DNA from: an uncultured delta proteobacterium
GTDB lineage: Bacteria; Desulfobacterota; Desulfuromonadia; Geobacterales; DSM-12255
DNA length: 64,000 bases
Direction of reading: 5' to 3'
NCBI GenBank assembly: GCA_963787125.1
Contig: CAWBBV010000012.1
Span: 96,001 to 160,000 of the forward strand
A program made the translations under genes and the position numbers. Under the pieces are notes generated by a model, which saw nothing but the letters and a program-made list of their open reading frames with translations, searched no databases and had not been told where the DNA came from. This document shows positions 40,888 to 54,126 of the stretch, piece by piece. Numbering within the stretch: the first letter of the stretch is position 1; each line of letters begins with the position of its first letter.

Positions 40888-41031
40888 AACTTCAGGACAG
40901 CTTGAGGAAGGTACTACCCTGGTAAGGTTCGCACGATCTCGGCTAAGCGTTCAGTAGGTTATTGACCCTGATTTTGACCGCAAGCAGATATAGGATGACG
41001 GTTAAACCGGCCGGCATCCGGGAGATTCTCC

Positions 41032-41475
41032 ATGGCACTCACGGAATCAGCAGAACTACTGCAGAAAGGGCTGGATGCTCTTGAGCATGGCCACACCTTT
41101 TTGGCTATGACCTGCTTGGAGCAGGCCATGGAGTACGGGAAAACACCGATTCTATCTTCCTTCCTCGCCTACTGTCACGCTCTTAACGGGCGGGACTTGG
41201 ACAAAGCGATCGAACTCGCCAGGGAGGCTCAACAGGCCGATCCCGCTTGCCCTGAATGCAGTCTGAACCTGGGCAGAGTGCTCCTTCTGTCCGAACACAA
41301 GGACGAGGCGATAACCGTTTTCCGTCAGGGGTTAGTATACTCACTGAGCCCAGAACTGATTGCCCAGCTGGACGAGCTGGGAACGCGCAAGCCCCTGCTA
41401 TTCAAAACCCTTTCGCGGGACAATATCCTGAACAAATATGGTGGTAAGTTACTCGGCTTGTGCGGATTAAGATAA
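41032..41475 (+). CDS. Small TPR-like protein
   Basis: Helical repeats (AIELAREA, LNLGRVLLL, AITVFRQG); GGAG RBS. Confidence 0.75.
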   Translation: MALTESAELLQKGLDALEHGHTFLAMTCLEQAMEYGKTPILSSFLAYCHALNGRDLDKAIELAREAQQADPACPECSLNLGRVLLLSEHKDEAITVFRQGLVYSLSPELIAQLDELGTRKPLLFKTLSRDNILNKYGGKLLGLCGLR

Positions 41476-41632
41476 GCTGCGCCGGGATTATCTGAATCCG
41501 CTGACCATCGGGTCTTTTATGCCGACTTCAACGCGGGGCTGATCGCGAGTAACTGCCGCAAGCGCTGCTCTGACGGCTCGTTTATGCTTAACCGCCGGTA
41601 TAAATCCGGACTTGCCGGGTAAAAAAGCCGGC

Positions 41633-41661
41633 TTGACATCTCCGTTGACTGACGCTATGGT
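41633..41661 (+). promoter_or_regulatory. Sigma70 promoter of lexA operon
   Basis: TTGACA-17 bp-TATGGT. Confidence 0.75.
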
Positions 41662-41676
41662 ATGCAAAGGAATACC
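41659..41676. promoter_or_regulatory. Geobacter-type LexA box overlapping the -10
   Basis: GGTATGCAAAGGAATACC matches the G. sulfurreducens consensus GGTT-N2-C-N4-G-N3-ACC with one mismatch. Confidence 0.8.
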
Positions 41677-41690
41677 TAACGGAGAAGCGT

Positions 41691-42296
41691 ATGCAAGAGA
41701 TTACCCCCCGCCAGCGCCAGGTGCTGGAATTCATCACTGCTTACATTGATAATAACGGCTATCCGCCGGCACAGCGGGAGATTGCCGCTCATCTGCAGAT
41801 CAGTGGTACCTTGCCGATCGGCAAGCATTTGACTGCCCTGGCAAAGAAGGGATATCTTAAGCGTGATGCCGTCAGTCGCGGTATCGTTCTGACCGCCCCC
41901 TTAAGCCGTTCCGTCTCTCTCCCCATTATCGGCACCGTCCGGGCCGGTCACCTTTCCCTGGCGATCGAGGATATCCAGGGCTATTTTTCCGTTGATCAGC
42001 TGGCGGTCAAGGGGAGTGACTGTTTCTTCCTGCGGGTCAGTGGCGACTCCATGATCGGCGCCGGCATCTTTGATGGCGATCTGGCTCTGGTGCGGCCCCA
42101 GGCTGTCGCCGAAAACAGGGATACGGTGGTTGCCATGGTGGATGGCGAGGCGACCCTGAAATGGTTCTACAGGGAACAGGGACATATCCGTCTCCAGCCG
42201 GCCAACCCCAATATGGATGCGATTATTATCCCTGCCGGTGAAGCTGAGGTCAGCATTGTCGGCAAGGTTATCGGCGTCTATCGCCGCCTGGAGTAA
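41691..42296 (+). CDS. lexA: SOS repressor LexA
   Basis: N-terminal wHTH (GYPP..REI), AG cleavage site (VRAG), GDSM Ser and ATLK Lys. Confidence 0.95.
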   Translation: MQEITPRQRQVLEFITAYIDNNGYPPAQREIAAHLQISGTLPIGKHLTALAKKGYLKRDAVSRGIVLTAPLSRSVSLPIIGTVRAGHLSLAIEDIQGYFSVDQLAVKGSDCFFLRVSGDSMIGAGIFDGDLALVRPQAVAENRDTVVAMVDGEATLKWFYREQGHIRLQPANPNMDAIIIPAGEAEVSIVGKVIGVYRRLE

Positions 42297-42299
42297 CTC

Positions 42300-42548
42300 A
42301 TGCGGATCAGTGAGCCTATTCGCGTGGCGGTCGTCTTCGGGCCCGGGCGCACCATCAAGCCGGTCTGGTTCGACTGGAAGCAGCGCAAGCATGCCGTGCT
42401 GGAGACCACCTATACCTGGACCGACCTGAAAGGGAGCGCCAAACGCCTCCACTTTGCAGTGCGGGACGAAGGTGGCTTGTATGAGCTGACCTACGACACC
42501 GCCCAGCAGAGCTGGGAATTAAGCGGCCTGGAGGCGGGCTGCCCATGA
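42300..42548 (+). CDS. Small conserved-looking beta-rich protein of the lexA-dinB operon
   Basis: 82 aa, PVWFDW...HFAV...LYELTYD...WEL; GC-rich codon use like lexA; RBS GGAG overlaps the lexA end. Confidence 0.75.
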   Translation: MRISEPIRVAVVFGPGRTIKPVWFDWKQRKHAVLETTYTWTDLKGSAKRLHFAVRDEGGLYELTYDTAQQSWELSGLEAGCP

Positions 42549-43150
42549 CTACTTTTCCTTTGTCCGAACAAATTTTAGATTTAGTCCCGTCAACAGCCAG
42601 CATGCTGCCAGTGTTGAAGCTCTTCCTGCTACCCGTCGGAGGTGGAATCCCTGCTGGTGTTATGCTCGCTCAGGCCAAAGGTTTGGCCTGGCCCATTACC
42701 ACACTGCTTTACCTGGTTTCAGATGTTGCCCTGGCCCTTGCTTTTGAACCGATCCTGCGACTTCTCTCAATATTGTGCAGTAAAATACCGTTATTAGCTC
42801 GCTTCAGCAGCGTTCTAAAGGCCGCAACTGCTCGCAGTGTGACACATTTTACCGGTACCGGTGCCGGCCCCATTGCGCTTGTTATGATCGCTTTTGGTGT
42901 TGATCCTATGACTGGGCGCGCCTCGGCGCTGGCTGCCGGACATGGGTTCCTTAGCGGCTGGGCCTTTGCCATCGCTGGAGATATGTTGTATTTCACCGTC
43001 ATCGCGCTCACGACTTTGCACTTGAATTCTTATTTTAAAGACCCAAACACTACGATACTGGTTGTACTTGGCGCGATGTTTGGAGTGCCCATGATTGTAC
43101 GCTATTTTCGATCCACACTATTGGCGCCTCAAAGGACTGGACTGGAGTAA
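42545..43150 (+). CDS. Hypothetical membrane protein (loosely small-multidrug-export-like)
   Basis: Several hydrophobic segments, PVGGGIPAG; ATGA overlap with upstream gene. Confidence 0.65.
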   Translation: MTTFPLSEQILDLVPSTASMLPVLKLFLLPVGGGIPAGVMLAQAKGLAWPITTLLYLVSDVALALAFEPILRLLSILCSKIPLLARFSSVLKAATARSVTHFTGTGAGPIALVMIAFGVDPMTGRASALAAGHGFLSGWAFAIAGDMLYFTVIALTTLHLNSYFKDPNTTILVVLGAMFGVPMIVRYFRSTLLAPQRTGLE

Positions 43151-43204
43151 TTCAGATCTACACATGGTTAGTTTGATGGATAAATCTTATTGATGGTGGC
43201 TTGG

Positions 43205-44431
43205 ATGGAACACCGGATCGTATTGCATGTCGATATGAATGCCTTCTTCGCTTCTGTGGAGCAGCAAACCAACCCTGATCTACAAGGAAAACCGATAGCT
43301 GTTATCGGTCGGGGGCGCACTGTTGTTACCACCGCGTCCTATGAAGCCAGAGCCTTCGGGGTGAAGACCGGCATGAACACCTGGCAGGCTAAGCAGGCGT
43401 GCTCTCACATTATCTTTGTTATTGGTGACAACCGAAGATACACCCACACTTCGACACAGATCATGAGTATGATGCGGGACTATACTCCTCTGGTAGAGGT
43501 ATTTTCCATAGATGAGGCATGGATGGATGTAACTCATTCGCTCGCCATCTTCGGATCAGCGGAGAACATTGCCCACCAATTGAAAGCCCGCATAAAGCAC
43601 CGCTTCGGCATCACCTGTTCCGTCGGTATCGCCCCCAACAAACTTTTAGCCAAGCTGGCCAGCGAGATGCAAAAGCCTGACGGGCTGACGGTTATCGCGG
43701 CGACCGAGGTTGGCCGGATTCTGGAAAATATGCCGGCCCGGGAACTGTGCGGCATCGGCCGTAAAGTTGAGCAGAGCCTCCTTATGATGGGGATCCGGAC
43801 CTGCGGCGAGCTGGGGCGCTACCCGCTGGAGCGGTTGACCCGCAAGTTCGGTATTGTCGGCGGGCAGCTGCAGCAGATGGGCCGGGGAATCGATACCAGC
43901 CCGGTGGTGCCGGCCGATGAGCAGGAAGAGGTGAAGAGCGTCGGCCACAGCATGACCCTGGAGCGTGATATTGAGAGTCGCCATGATATGCTCAAGTATC
44001 TGCTGCAACTGGCCGAAATGGTGGGGCGCCGGGCGAGGCGCTACGGCGTGGCCGGTAAGACCGTACATCTGACGGTGCGGCTGGCTGACTTTACCACGGT
44101 CGGCAAACAGTCCACCCGGAGAGAGCCGACCAACCAGAGCGACGAAATCTTTGCTGAGGCGGTACGGATTCTGGACAGCCTTGATCCGGGGCAGCCGGTG
44201 CGTCTTTTGGGGATCAGGATCACCAACCTGCGCTACCAGCGGCTGCAGCTGCCGCTGTTTGCAGAGGAGCGGCGCAAACTGCTGGCCACCGCCGCCATGG
44301 ATGAGGTGAACGACCGCTACGGCGGCTTTGCCGTGACCTACGGCAGCGTGCTGGACAACGAGGAGAAGGGGTCATTCGTCATTTCACCGGCGTGGCGGCC
44401 GGACGGGATCAGGAATGTTGAGGTGGAGTGA
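43205..44431 (+). CDS. dinB: Y-family DNA polymerase
   Basis: HVDMNAFFASVE, SYEAR, SIDEA, LLAKLAS, QLPLF clamp motif. Confidence 0.94.
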   Translation: MEHRIVLHVDMNAFFASVEQQTNPDLQGKPIAVIGRGRTVVTTASYEARAFGVKTGMNTWQAKQACSHIIFVIGDNRRYTHTSTQIMSMMRDYTPLVEVFSIDEAWMDVTHSLAIFGSAENIAHQLKARIKHRFGITCSVGIAPNKLLAKLASEMQKPDGLTVIAATEVGRILENMPARELCGIGRKVEQSLLMMGIRTCGELGRYPLERLTRKFGIVGGQLQQMGRGIDTSPVVPADEQEEVKSVGHSMTLERDIESRHDMLKYLLQLAEMVGRRARRYGVAGKTVHLTVRLADFTTVGKQSTRREPTNQSDEIFAEAVRILDSLDPGQPVRLLGIRITNLRYQRLQLPLFAEERRKLLATAAMDEVNDRYGGFAVTYGSVLDNEEKGSFVISPAWRPDGIRNVEVE

Positions 44432-44524
44432 TTTCTCCTCTGGTTTAAAACAAATAGGGTGCTAAACTCAGTTGCGAAACTGTTCTGACATTTTGTTTTA
44501 CAAATCGCGAACGGCCGGGTGGCA

Positions 44525-47164
44525 ATGGAAGTTATCACGACACATGTAAATGCTGATTTTGACTGCCTCGGATCGATGCTTGCTGCGCAGAAGCTTTATC
44601 CGGGTGCGCAGATGGTTTTTTCCGGCTCACAGGAGAAGGGGGTCCGGAATTATCTCCTTAAAGCCCAATTCCCGTTTACCCGCCTGAAAGATATCAATCT
44701 TGCTGAAATATCGCGTCTTATCCTGGTCGACTGCCAGCACGCCGCCAGAATCGGCTCGTTTGCCGCGGTTGTGGGGCGCGCCGGTCTTGATATCCATATC
44801 TATGACCACCATCCTGATGTAGCCGGCAATATCCCGCCTCAAGGGGGGACAATCCGCTCCTGCGGCTCCACTTCAGCCATTCTGGCAACAATTCTCCGTA
44901 CAAAGGGGGTGACCCTTGCCCCTCAGGAAGCAACCGCGCTCATGCTCGGCATCTATGAAGACACCGGGAATCTCACCTATCACGGTACTTCGGCGGAGGA
45001 TTTCACTGCGGCCGCCTGGTTGCTGACCCAAGGGGCGCAGCTTGCTGCCGTTGGTGATTTTCTCACCAAAGAGCTTAATGTCGAGCAGGTGTCACTTTTG
45101 AATGACCTGCTCCATTCCATGAAGCGCCTTGTCATCGGCGGCCTTGATGTCTGTATTGCCACAGCGTCACTGGATTATTATGTTAGTGACATAGCCGCTC
45201 TGGCCCAGACGATACGGGATATGGAGGGTCTGGATACCTTCTTTATGATTGTCGGTATGGGGAGCCGGGTCCATGTCATCGGTCGGGGCCGCGGAGCTTC
45301 TCTTGATGTCGGTGATGTTCTGCGCAGTTTTGGCGGTGGAGGGCATGTCACCGCCGGATCTGCCACGGTCAAGGATTTAACGACCATTCAGGTGCTCCAT
45401 CAGCTGGAAGGGGTGCTTTTTTCCAGGGTGAATCCCCAACGAGCGGTCGCTTCAATAATGTCGTCACCGGTGAAGACAGTCCCGGCGGCAAGCTCCATTG
45501 CTGACGCCAGAAGTCTGCTGACCCGCTATAATGTCAATGCCATGCCGGTTATGGACGGTGAACGGATGGTCGGGGTCATCTCGAGGCGGATTGTGGAAAA
45601 GGCCCTTTATCACCGTCTCGGTGCGGTTCCGGTAACGGATTATATGCATACGGAATTTGTCCGGCTGGATACTGATACACCCATTAGTGCGGTCAAGGAT
45701 TACCTGACGGGGGAGAACCAGCGTTTTGCCCCGGTATTCAGCGACGCCGGGCTTGTTGGGGTAGTAACCCGTACTGATCTTTTCCGCTATATCAACAGTG
45801 TGGAAAAGAGCGTTGCAACAAGCTTAGAGGGGGATGACACCGGCAGGGATATGCTCAACAGGATCAGGCATACCCTTCCCAATGAAATTTTAAAAACTCT
45901 GCGCAATCTTGGCAGGATTGGAGATGACCTTGACCTTAAGGTCTATGCTGTCGGCGGGTTCGTGCGCGACCTGATTCTCGGTGAGCCCAGTTCAGATCTT
46001 GATGTGACCGTTGAAGGTGACGGAATACTGTTTGCCGAAACATTTGCCGCGGAGCATGGCTGCCGCGTCAAGAGCCATCAGAAGTTCGGCACGGCAACGA
46101 TCATCGCACCAGATGGCTCCAAAATCGATGTGGCCAGCACCAGGCTTGAATACTACGATTCTCCGGGAGTCCTCCCGACGGTGGAAAGGTCATCGCTGAA
46201 GATGGATCTTTACCGGCGGGATTTTACCATTAATACTCTGGCGATAGCTCTGACAGCCGCTGAATTCGGCAGACTGATAGATTTCTTCGGCGCCAGACCT
46301 GATCTGAAGAACAAGAGCATCAGAGTGCTGCACAATCTCTCTTTTGTTGAAGATCCGACCCGGGTTTTCAGGGCGGTACGTTTTGAGCAGCGGCTCGGTT
46401 TTAAAATGGCTACCCATACGGAAAATCTTATCAAAAACAGTATCAAGATGAATTTTCTCGAGAAACTCGGCGGCAGGCGGCTCTTCTCCGAGCTGGTGCA
46501 TATTTTTGAAGAGAGGGAACCCCACTATGCTGTCAAGCGGATTGCTGCTCTCGGGGCTTTAAAATATATTCATCGGTCACTTGAAGTAACAGATGATATA
46601 ATGCTTATTTTTAAAGAGTCAGATCATATTATCTCCTGGTTCGAACTGCTGTATCTGAAGCAGCCTTTTGAACGCTGGATCGTTTATCTGCTGGCAATCT
46701 GCAGTAATCTTTCGACTGATGATTTTGTTGAAACCTGTATCAGGCTCGATATTGGTCCAAAGTTCATCGAAAGGTATTTTGAGGCAAGAGTTAACGGGGT
46801 GAAGGCGCTTGAAAAACTGATAAAAAGTAGCAGCGGCAAAAGCCGGTCACTCCTCCCCAGTGAGGTCTGTTCACTGCTGCGGGCTCTGCCGGTTGAAATG
46901 CTTCTGCATCTGATGGCTCGTACCGACGAGAATACCCGCAGGCAGTTCTCAATCTATTTCACCAATCTGGCGCAGGTTGAGATAACAATAGACGGCAACG
47001 ACCTGAAAAATATCGGCTTGAAGCAAGGATCGGTTTACAAGCAGATTCTTGATACGATTCTTGATGCAAAGTTGGACGGTAATGTTTCCAGCCGGGAGGA
47101 TGAGCTGGAACTGGCAAAACGGCTGATAATAAAAGAGAAGTTAGTCCAGGGAGGGGTAAAATGA
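44525..47164 (+). CDS. DHH-DHHA1-CBS-tRNA nucleotidyltransferase (probably A-adding)
   Basis: HVNADFD, DHH, GGGGH, two CBS domains, VGGFVRD..DLD, RRDFTIN, EDPTRVFRA. Confidence 0.88.
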   Translation: MEVITTHVNADFDCLGSMLAAQKLYPGAQMVFSGSQEKGVRNYLLKAQFPFTRLKDINLAEISRLILVDCQHAARIGSFAAVVGRAGLDIHIYDHHPDVAGNIPPQGGTIRSCGSTSAILATILRTKGVTLAPQEATALMLGIYEDTGNLTYHGTSAEDFTAAAWLLTQGAQLAAVGDFLTKELNVEQVSLLNDLLHSMKRLVIGGLDVCIATASLDYYVSDIAALAQTIRDMEGLDTFFMIVGMGSRVHVIGRGRGASLDVGDVLRSFGGGGHVTAGSATVKDLTTIQVLHQLEGVLFSRVNPQRAVASIMSSPVKTVPAASSIADARSLLTRYNVNAMPVMDGERMVGVISRRIVEKALYHRLGAVPVTDYMHTEFVRLDTDTPISAVKDYLTGENQRFAPVFSDAGLVGVVTRTDLFRYINSVEKSVATSLEGDDTGRDMLNRIRHTLPNEILKTLRNLGRIGDDLDLKVYAVGGFVRDLILGEPSSDLDVTVEGDGILFAETFAAEHGCRVKSHQKFGTATIIAPDGSKIDVASTRLEYYDSPGVLPTVERSSLKMDLYRRDFTINTLAIALTAAEFGRLIDFFGARPDLKNKSIRVLHNLSFVEDPTRVFRAVRFEQRLGFKMATHTENLIKNSIKMNFLEKLGGRRLFSELVHIFEEREPHYAVKRIAALGALKYIHRSLEVTDDIMLIFKESDHIISWFELLYLKQPFERWIVYLLAICSNLSTDDFVETCIRLDIGPKFIERYFEARVNGVKALEKLIKSSSGKSRSLLPSEVCSLLRALPVEMLLHLMARTDENTRRQFSIYFTNLAQVEITIDGNDLKNIGLKQGSVYKQILDTILDAKLDGNVSSREDELELAKRLIIKEKLVQGGVK

Positions 47165-47625
47165 TTATTGAGGGAACAGCTGCGCCGGACTTCAGGTTGA
47201 CCGGTAGTGACAGCAAAGAGCATTCGCTCAGCGATTACAGGGGGAAAACGGTTGTTATTTACTTTTATCCACGTGACAACACCCCGGGGTGTACCAAGGA
47301 GGCGTGTGGCTTCAGGGACATGCACGCGATCATCACCGGCCTGAACGCCGTAGTTCTGGGTGTCAGTAAAGACAGCCTGAAAGCCCACGACAAGTTCATC
47401 AATGACTTCAGTCTGCCGTTTACGCTGCTTTCAGATCCTGATCTGGGGATGATGAAAGCGTATGGCGCTTATGGCGAGAAGGTCATGTACGGTAAAACCG
47501 TTGAGGGGTGTATCCGTTCAACAGTGGTTGTAAATCCCGACGGTAAGGTGATCAAACACTGGAAGAAAGTTGCCAAAGCAGAAAGCCACCCGGCGGATGT
47601 TCTTAAATATCTGCAGAACGCCTAG
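47161..47625 (+). CDS. bcp: Peroxiredoxin Bcp
   Basis: YFYPRDNTPGCTKEAC. Confidence 0.94.
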   Translation: MIIEGTAAPDFRLTGSDSKEHSLSDYRGKTVVIYFYPRDNTPGCTKEACGFRDMHAIITGLNAVVLGVSKDSLKAHDKFINDFSLPFTLLSDPDLGMMKAYGAYGEKVMYGKTVEGCIRSTVVVNPDGKVIKHWKKVAKAESHPADVLKYLQNA

Positions 47626-47763
47626 GAGGCTGTCGGGCTTAGGAAATCTAAGCGAAAATTCGGCTGGACGAGGGCAGATTTTGTCGATTTTGAAGGGTAA
47701 TAGTTGTTCTATTGGTCAAGAAATCGGCGATATATGCACCGTTCAGACGGATTTGCAGCAGAT

Positions 47764-47786
<23 letters not shown>
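47625..47786. mobile_element. 162-bp MITE-like element, copy 2 (inverted relative to copy 1)
   Basis: GGAGGCTGTCGGGCTTAG...CTAAGTCCGACAGCCTCC; about 142/162 identical to copy 1 by manual alignment. Confidence 0.85.
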
Positions 47787-50849
<3,063 letters not shown>

Positions 50850-50888
50850 AACCCCTCCGGCGTCTCAAATATCATGAGATTAAAAGTC

Positions 50889-50920
50889 TTGTCAACCTGA
50901 ATCGGATTACAAGTTGACCA
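50889..50920. promoter_or_regulatory. BirA operator upstream of bioB
   Basis: TTGTCAACC-N14-AGTTGACCA split palindrome, typical BirA box. Confidence 0.8.
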
Positions 50921-51015
50921 TTTTCAAGATAAGGGAGAGCTGACGATGTCTCTGGATTTTTTCATTTGCTTCATGGTAGACTTTTAAATCAAATTCAGAT
51001 TCAGAAGGACTATTC

Positions 51016-51387
51016 ATGTATAAACTCAAAGTTGTCACATCTTTTGCCGCTGCCCATAATCTTAATAATTATCAGGGTGAGTGTGAAAATCTCCATGGAC
51101 ACAACTGGCGGGTGGAGGTCACGGTAACCGCCAGGGAGCTGGACAAGGCCGGACTCTGCATCGACTTCAAGATTCTCAAGGCGCAGACTAAAGAGCTTCT
51201 AGGTACTCTTGACCACAAATATCTCAATGAACTTGATTGCTTCAAGGGTGATTCACCTTCGTCGGAGAATATTTCCCGCTACGTTTTTCATGAACTCAGC
51301 CGAACTTTTAATGACGGCAATGTCAAAGTTGATATGATCACCGTCTGGGAATCAGATTTTGCCTGCGCCAGCTACTATGAAGAGTGA
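51016..51387 (+). CDS. queD: 6-carboxytetrahydropterin synthase
   Basis: FAAAH, CENLHGHNW, LDHKYLN, SSENI, VWES. Confidence 0.94.
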   Translation: MYKLKVVTSFAAAHNLNNYQGECENLHGHNWRVEVTVTARELDKAGLCIDFKILKAQTKELLGTLDHKYLNELDCFKGDSPSSENISRYVFHELSRTFNDGNVKVDMITVWESDFACASYYEE

Positions 51388-52129
51388 TGCGGCGGAACTG
51401 ATTGAACTGTTCTCCTCGGTTCAGGGGGAAGGGGTATTAATCGGCTGCCGGCAGGTTTTCATCCGCCTCATGGGGTGCAATCTTTCCTGCGACTACTGCG
51501 ATACCAATATCGGGGTTGATATGACAACCTGTCGCCTGGAGCTCACTCCGGGGCGGCTTGATTTTCAGGAACTGGCAAATCCAGTCGAGATGGCGCGCGT
51601 TGTTGCGCTGCTTAAAAGGTGGGAGCGTGGCTGGCCAAAGGTTCATCACTCAATCTCCCTGACCGGTGGTGAACCTCTCCTTCATGTTGATCTGCTGCAC
51701 CGCTGGTTGCCGCAGCTGCGGGAGATACTCCCAGTTCACCTGGAGACAAACGGTGTCCTGCATCTGGCTCTTTCACGGATTATTCATGAGCTTGATTTTA
51801 TCAGTATGGATATCAAACTGCCGTCCTCTTCAGGTGAAACAGGACTATGGGATCATCATCGCAGCTTCCTGGAGATCGCCGCAGAGACTGAGGTCTCCGT
51901 CAAGATTGTTGTTAACTCTTCTACTGAGCACTGGGAGATTCAGCGGGCCGCCGAGATGATCGCAGCAGTAGCTAAAGATGTTCCGCTTATTATTCAGCCG
52001 GAAACAGCGGAAAATCTCTCCATTAAAATATCTTCCCTTGGACTTTTAGAGCTACAGGAGATTGCTGCAAACATTATTAATGATGTCCGGATAATCCCCC
52101 AGACGCACAGATTTATCGGCCTCCTCTGA
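51377..52129 (+). CDS. queE: 7-carboxy-7-deazaguanine synthase (radical SAM)
   Basis: FSSVQGEG, CNLSCDYCDT, TGGEP, ETNG, PQTH. Confidence 0.9.
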   Translation: MKSDAAELIELFSSVQGEGVLIGCRQVFIRLMGCNLSCDYCDTNIGVDMTTCRLELTPGRLDFQELANPVEMARVVALLKRWERGWPKVHHSISLTGGEPLLHVDLLHRWLPQLREILPVHLETNGVLHLALSRIIHELDFISMDIKLPSSSGETGLWDHHRSFLEIAAETEVSVKIVVNSSTEHWEIQRAAEMIAAVAKDVPLIIQPETAENLSIKISSLGLLELQEIAANIINDVRIIPQTHRFIGLL

Positions 52130-52231
52130 CCATTCAAAGCACATTTGCCTTTACAAGCAGACAGCGTCAGTTTATATTTCATCGGTTAAGTGAAATATAA
52201 AATCCGCCGCAGCTGTTAGTGTAAAGAGCCC

Positions 52232-54043
52232 ATGTCAATCGAAAATATCCGTAATTTTTCCATCATAGCCCACATAGATCACGGTAAGTCCACCCTTGCA
52301 GACAGATTGCTGGAATTTACCGGTGCCCTCTCCGACAGAGAGAAGCAGAACCAGTTCCTTGACAAGATGGATCTGGAGCGTGAGCGCGGCATCACCATCA
52401 AGGCGCAGACTGTCCGCCTCAATTACACTGCCGACAATGGCAAGACCTATATTCTCAATCTTATCGATACTCCCGGCCATGTAGATTTCACCTACGAGGT
52501 GTCCCGTTCGCTGGCCGCCTGTGAAGGGGGGCTGCTTGTGGTTGATGCTTCCCAGGGTGTTGAAGCCCAGACGCTTGCCAACGTTTACCTTGCCCTTGAT
52601 AATAATCTGGAAGTATTCCCGGTACTCAACAAGATAGACCTCCCGGCCGCCGAACCTGAGCGTGTCATTCAGGAGATTGAGGACATCATCGGCATAGATG
52701 CTCATGATGCTGTTCTGGCGAGCGCCAAGCAGGGAATCGGCACCCATGAAATTCTTGAGGAAATTGTCAAAAAGATCCCTGCTCCAAAGGGTGACCCTAA
52801 AGCTCCGCTCAAGGCGCTGCTGTTTGACTCCTGGTACGATCAGTATCAAGGCGTTATTATCCTTGTCAGGATTTTTGACGGCGTCCTGAGCAAAGGTGAC
52901 AAGCTGCTGTTGATGGCGACCAAGGGCAGCTATGAGGCGCTGAAGATCGGTGTTTTTGCTCCGGTCATGACCGAGGTGCAATCTCTTTCCGCCGGTGAAG
53001 TCGGTTTTGTGATCGCCGGTATCAGGGATGTTGCCGATGCCAAGGTCGGCGATACGGTAACCCATGCCCTTACACAATCAAAAAAGCCCTGCGATGCTGC
53101 GTTTACCGGTTTTAAAGAGGTGAAGCCTATGGTTTATTCAGGGCTTTACCCGATTGATACTTCCCAGTACGAGCAGCTGCGGGATGCTCTTGCAAAACTA
53201 AAGCTGAATGATTCATCTTTTTCTTTCGAGCCGGAAACGTCAATGGCGCTCGGCTTTGGTTTCCGCTGCGGTTTTCTCGGTCTTCTCCATATGGAGATCA
53301 TTCAGGAAAGGCTGGAACGTGAGTTCAATCTGGATCTGATAACCACCGCTCCGACGGTTGTTTATAGAATCCACCGGACCGACAGCACCATGATTCAGAT
53401 CGAGTCTGCTGCCAAACTGCCGGAACTGTCCCATATCGACTATATCGAAGAGCCGTTTATCCTTGCTCATATCCATGTGCCCAACGATTATGTCGGGGCG
53501 GTGCTGGCTCTTTGTGAAGAGAAGCGCGGTGTCCAGCGCGAGATTAAATATCTGACCACGACCCGTGTCATGATTATATACGAGCTACCACTGAATGAGA
53601 TCGTCCTCGATTTTTATGACCGGCTGAAATCTATTTCCAAAGGGTACGCCTCCCTTGATTATGAACATCTGGATTATCGCAAAAGCGAACTTATAAAGCT
53701 GAACATTCTTATCAATGACGAAACGGTTGATGCCCTCTCACTCATTATCCACCGTGACAAGGCTTACTACCGTGGTCGTGACCTTGTCAAAAAGATGAAA
53801 GAGCTGATCCCGCGGCAGATGTTCGAAGTTGCTATTCAGGCTGCAATCGGTAACAAGGTGGTTGCCCGCGAAACTGTCAAGGCGATGCGCAAGGACGTTC
53901 TTGCCAAATGCTATGGCGGTGATATTTCCCGTAAACGCAAGCTGCTCGAAAAGCAGAAAGAGGGGAAAAAGCGGATGAAGAGTGTCGGCAATATTGAGCT
54001 GCCACAGGAAGCTTTTCTCGCAATTCTCAAGGTTGAAGATTAA
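52232..54043 (+). CDS. lepA: Elongation factor 4
   Basis: [31 protein letters not shown]. Confidence 0.98.
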   Translation: MSIENIRNFSIIAHIDHGKSTLADRLLEFTGALSDREKQNQFLDKMDLERERGITIKAQTVRLNYTADNGKTYILNLIDTPGHVDFTYEVSRSLAACEGGLLVVDASQGVEAQTLANVYLALDNNLEVFPVLNKIDLPAAEPERVIQEIEDIIGIDAHDAVLASAKQGIGTHEILEEIVKKIPAPKGDPKAPLKALLFDSWYDQYQGVIILVRIFDGVLSKGDKLLLMATKGSYEALKIGVFAPVMTEVQSLSAGEVGFVIAGIRDVADAKVGDTVTHALTQSKKPCDAAFTGFKEVKPMVYSGLYPIDTSQYEQLRDALAKLKLNDSSFSFEPETSMALGFGFRCGFLGLLHMEIIQERLEREFNLDLITTAPTVVYRIHRTDSTMIQIESAAKLPELSHIDYIEEPFILAHIHVPNDYVGAVLALCEEKRGVQREIKYLTTTRVMIIYELPLNEIVLDFYDRLKSISKGYASLDYEHLDYRKSELIKLNILINDETVDALSLIIHRDKAYYRGRDLVKKMKELIPRQMFEVAIQAAIGNKVVARETVKAMRKDVLAKCYGGDISRKRKLLEKQKEGKKRMKSVGNIELPQEAFLAILKVED

Positions 54044-54126
54044 AACTACTGGTGCTCAGGCTGAAGGCAGTCCACCTAGCCCAGATAAACTGGATAACTT
54101 CTAACTTACTAAAACATGAGGTTTTT

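Noticed and set aside
40780..41031. Possible 6S RNA or GEMM riboswitch
   Set aside because: Lacks the GEMM consensus and the usual 6S gene context; kept only as a generic structured-RNA candidate.
52235..53077. 280-aa antisense ORF (also 11564-12352, 13704-14345, 56296-56949 and similar)
   Set aside because: Shadow frames of well-conserved genes with no recognisable motifs.
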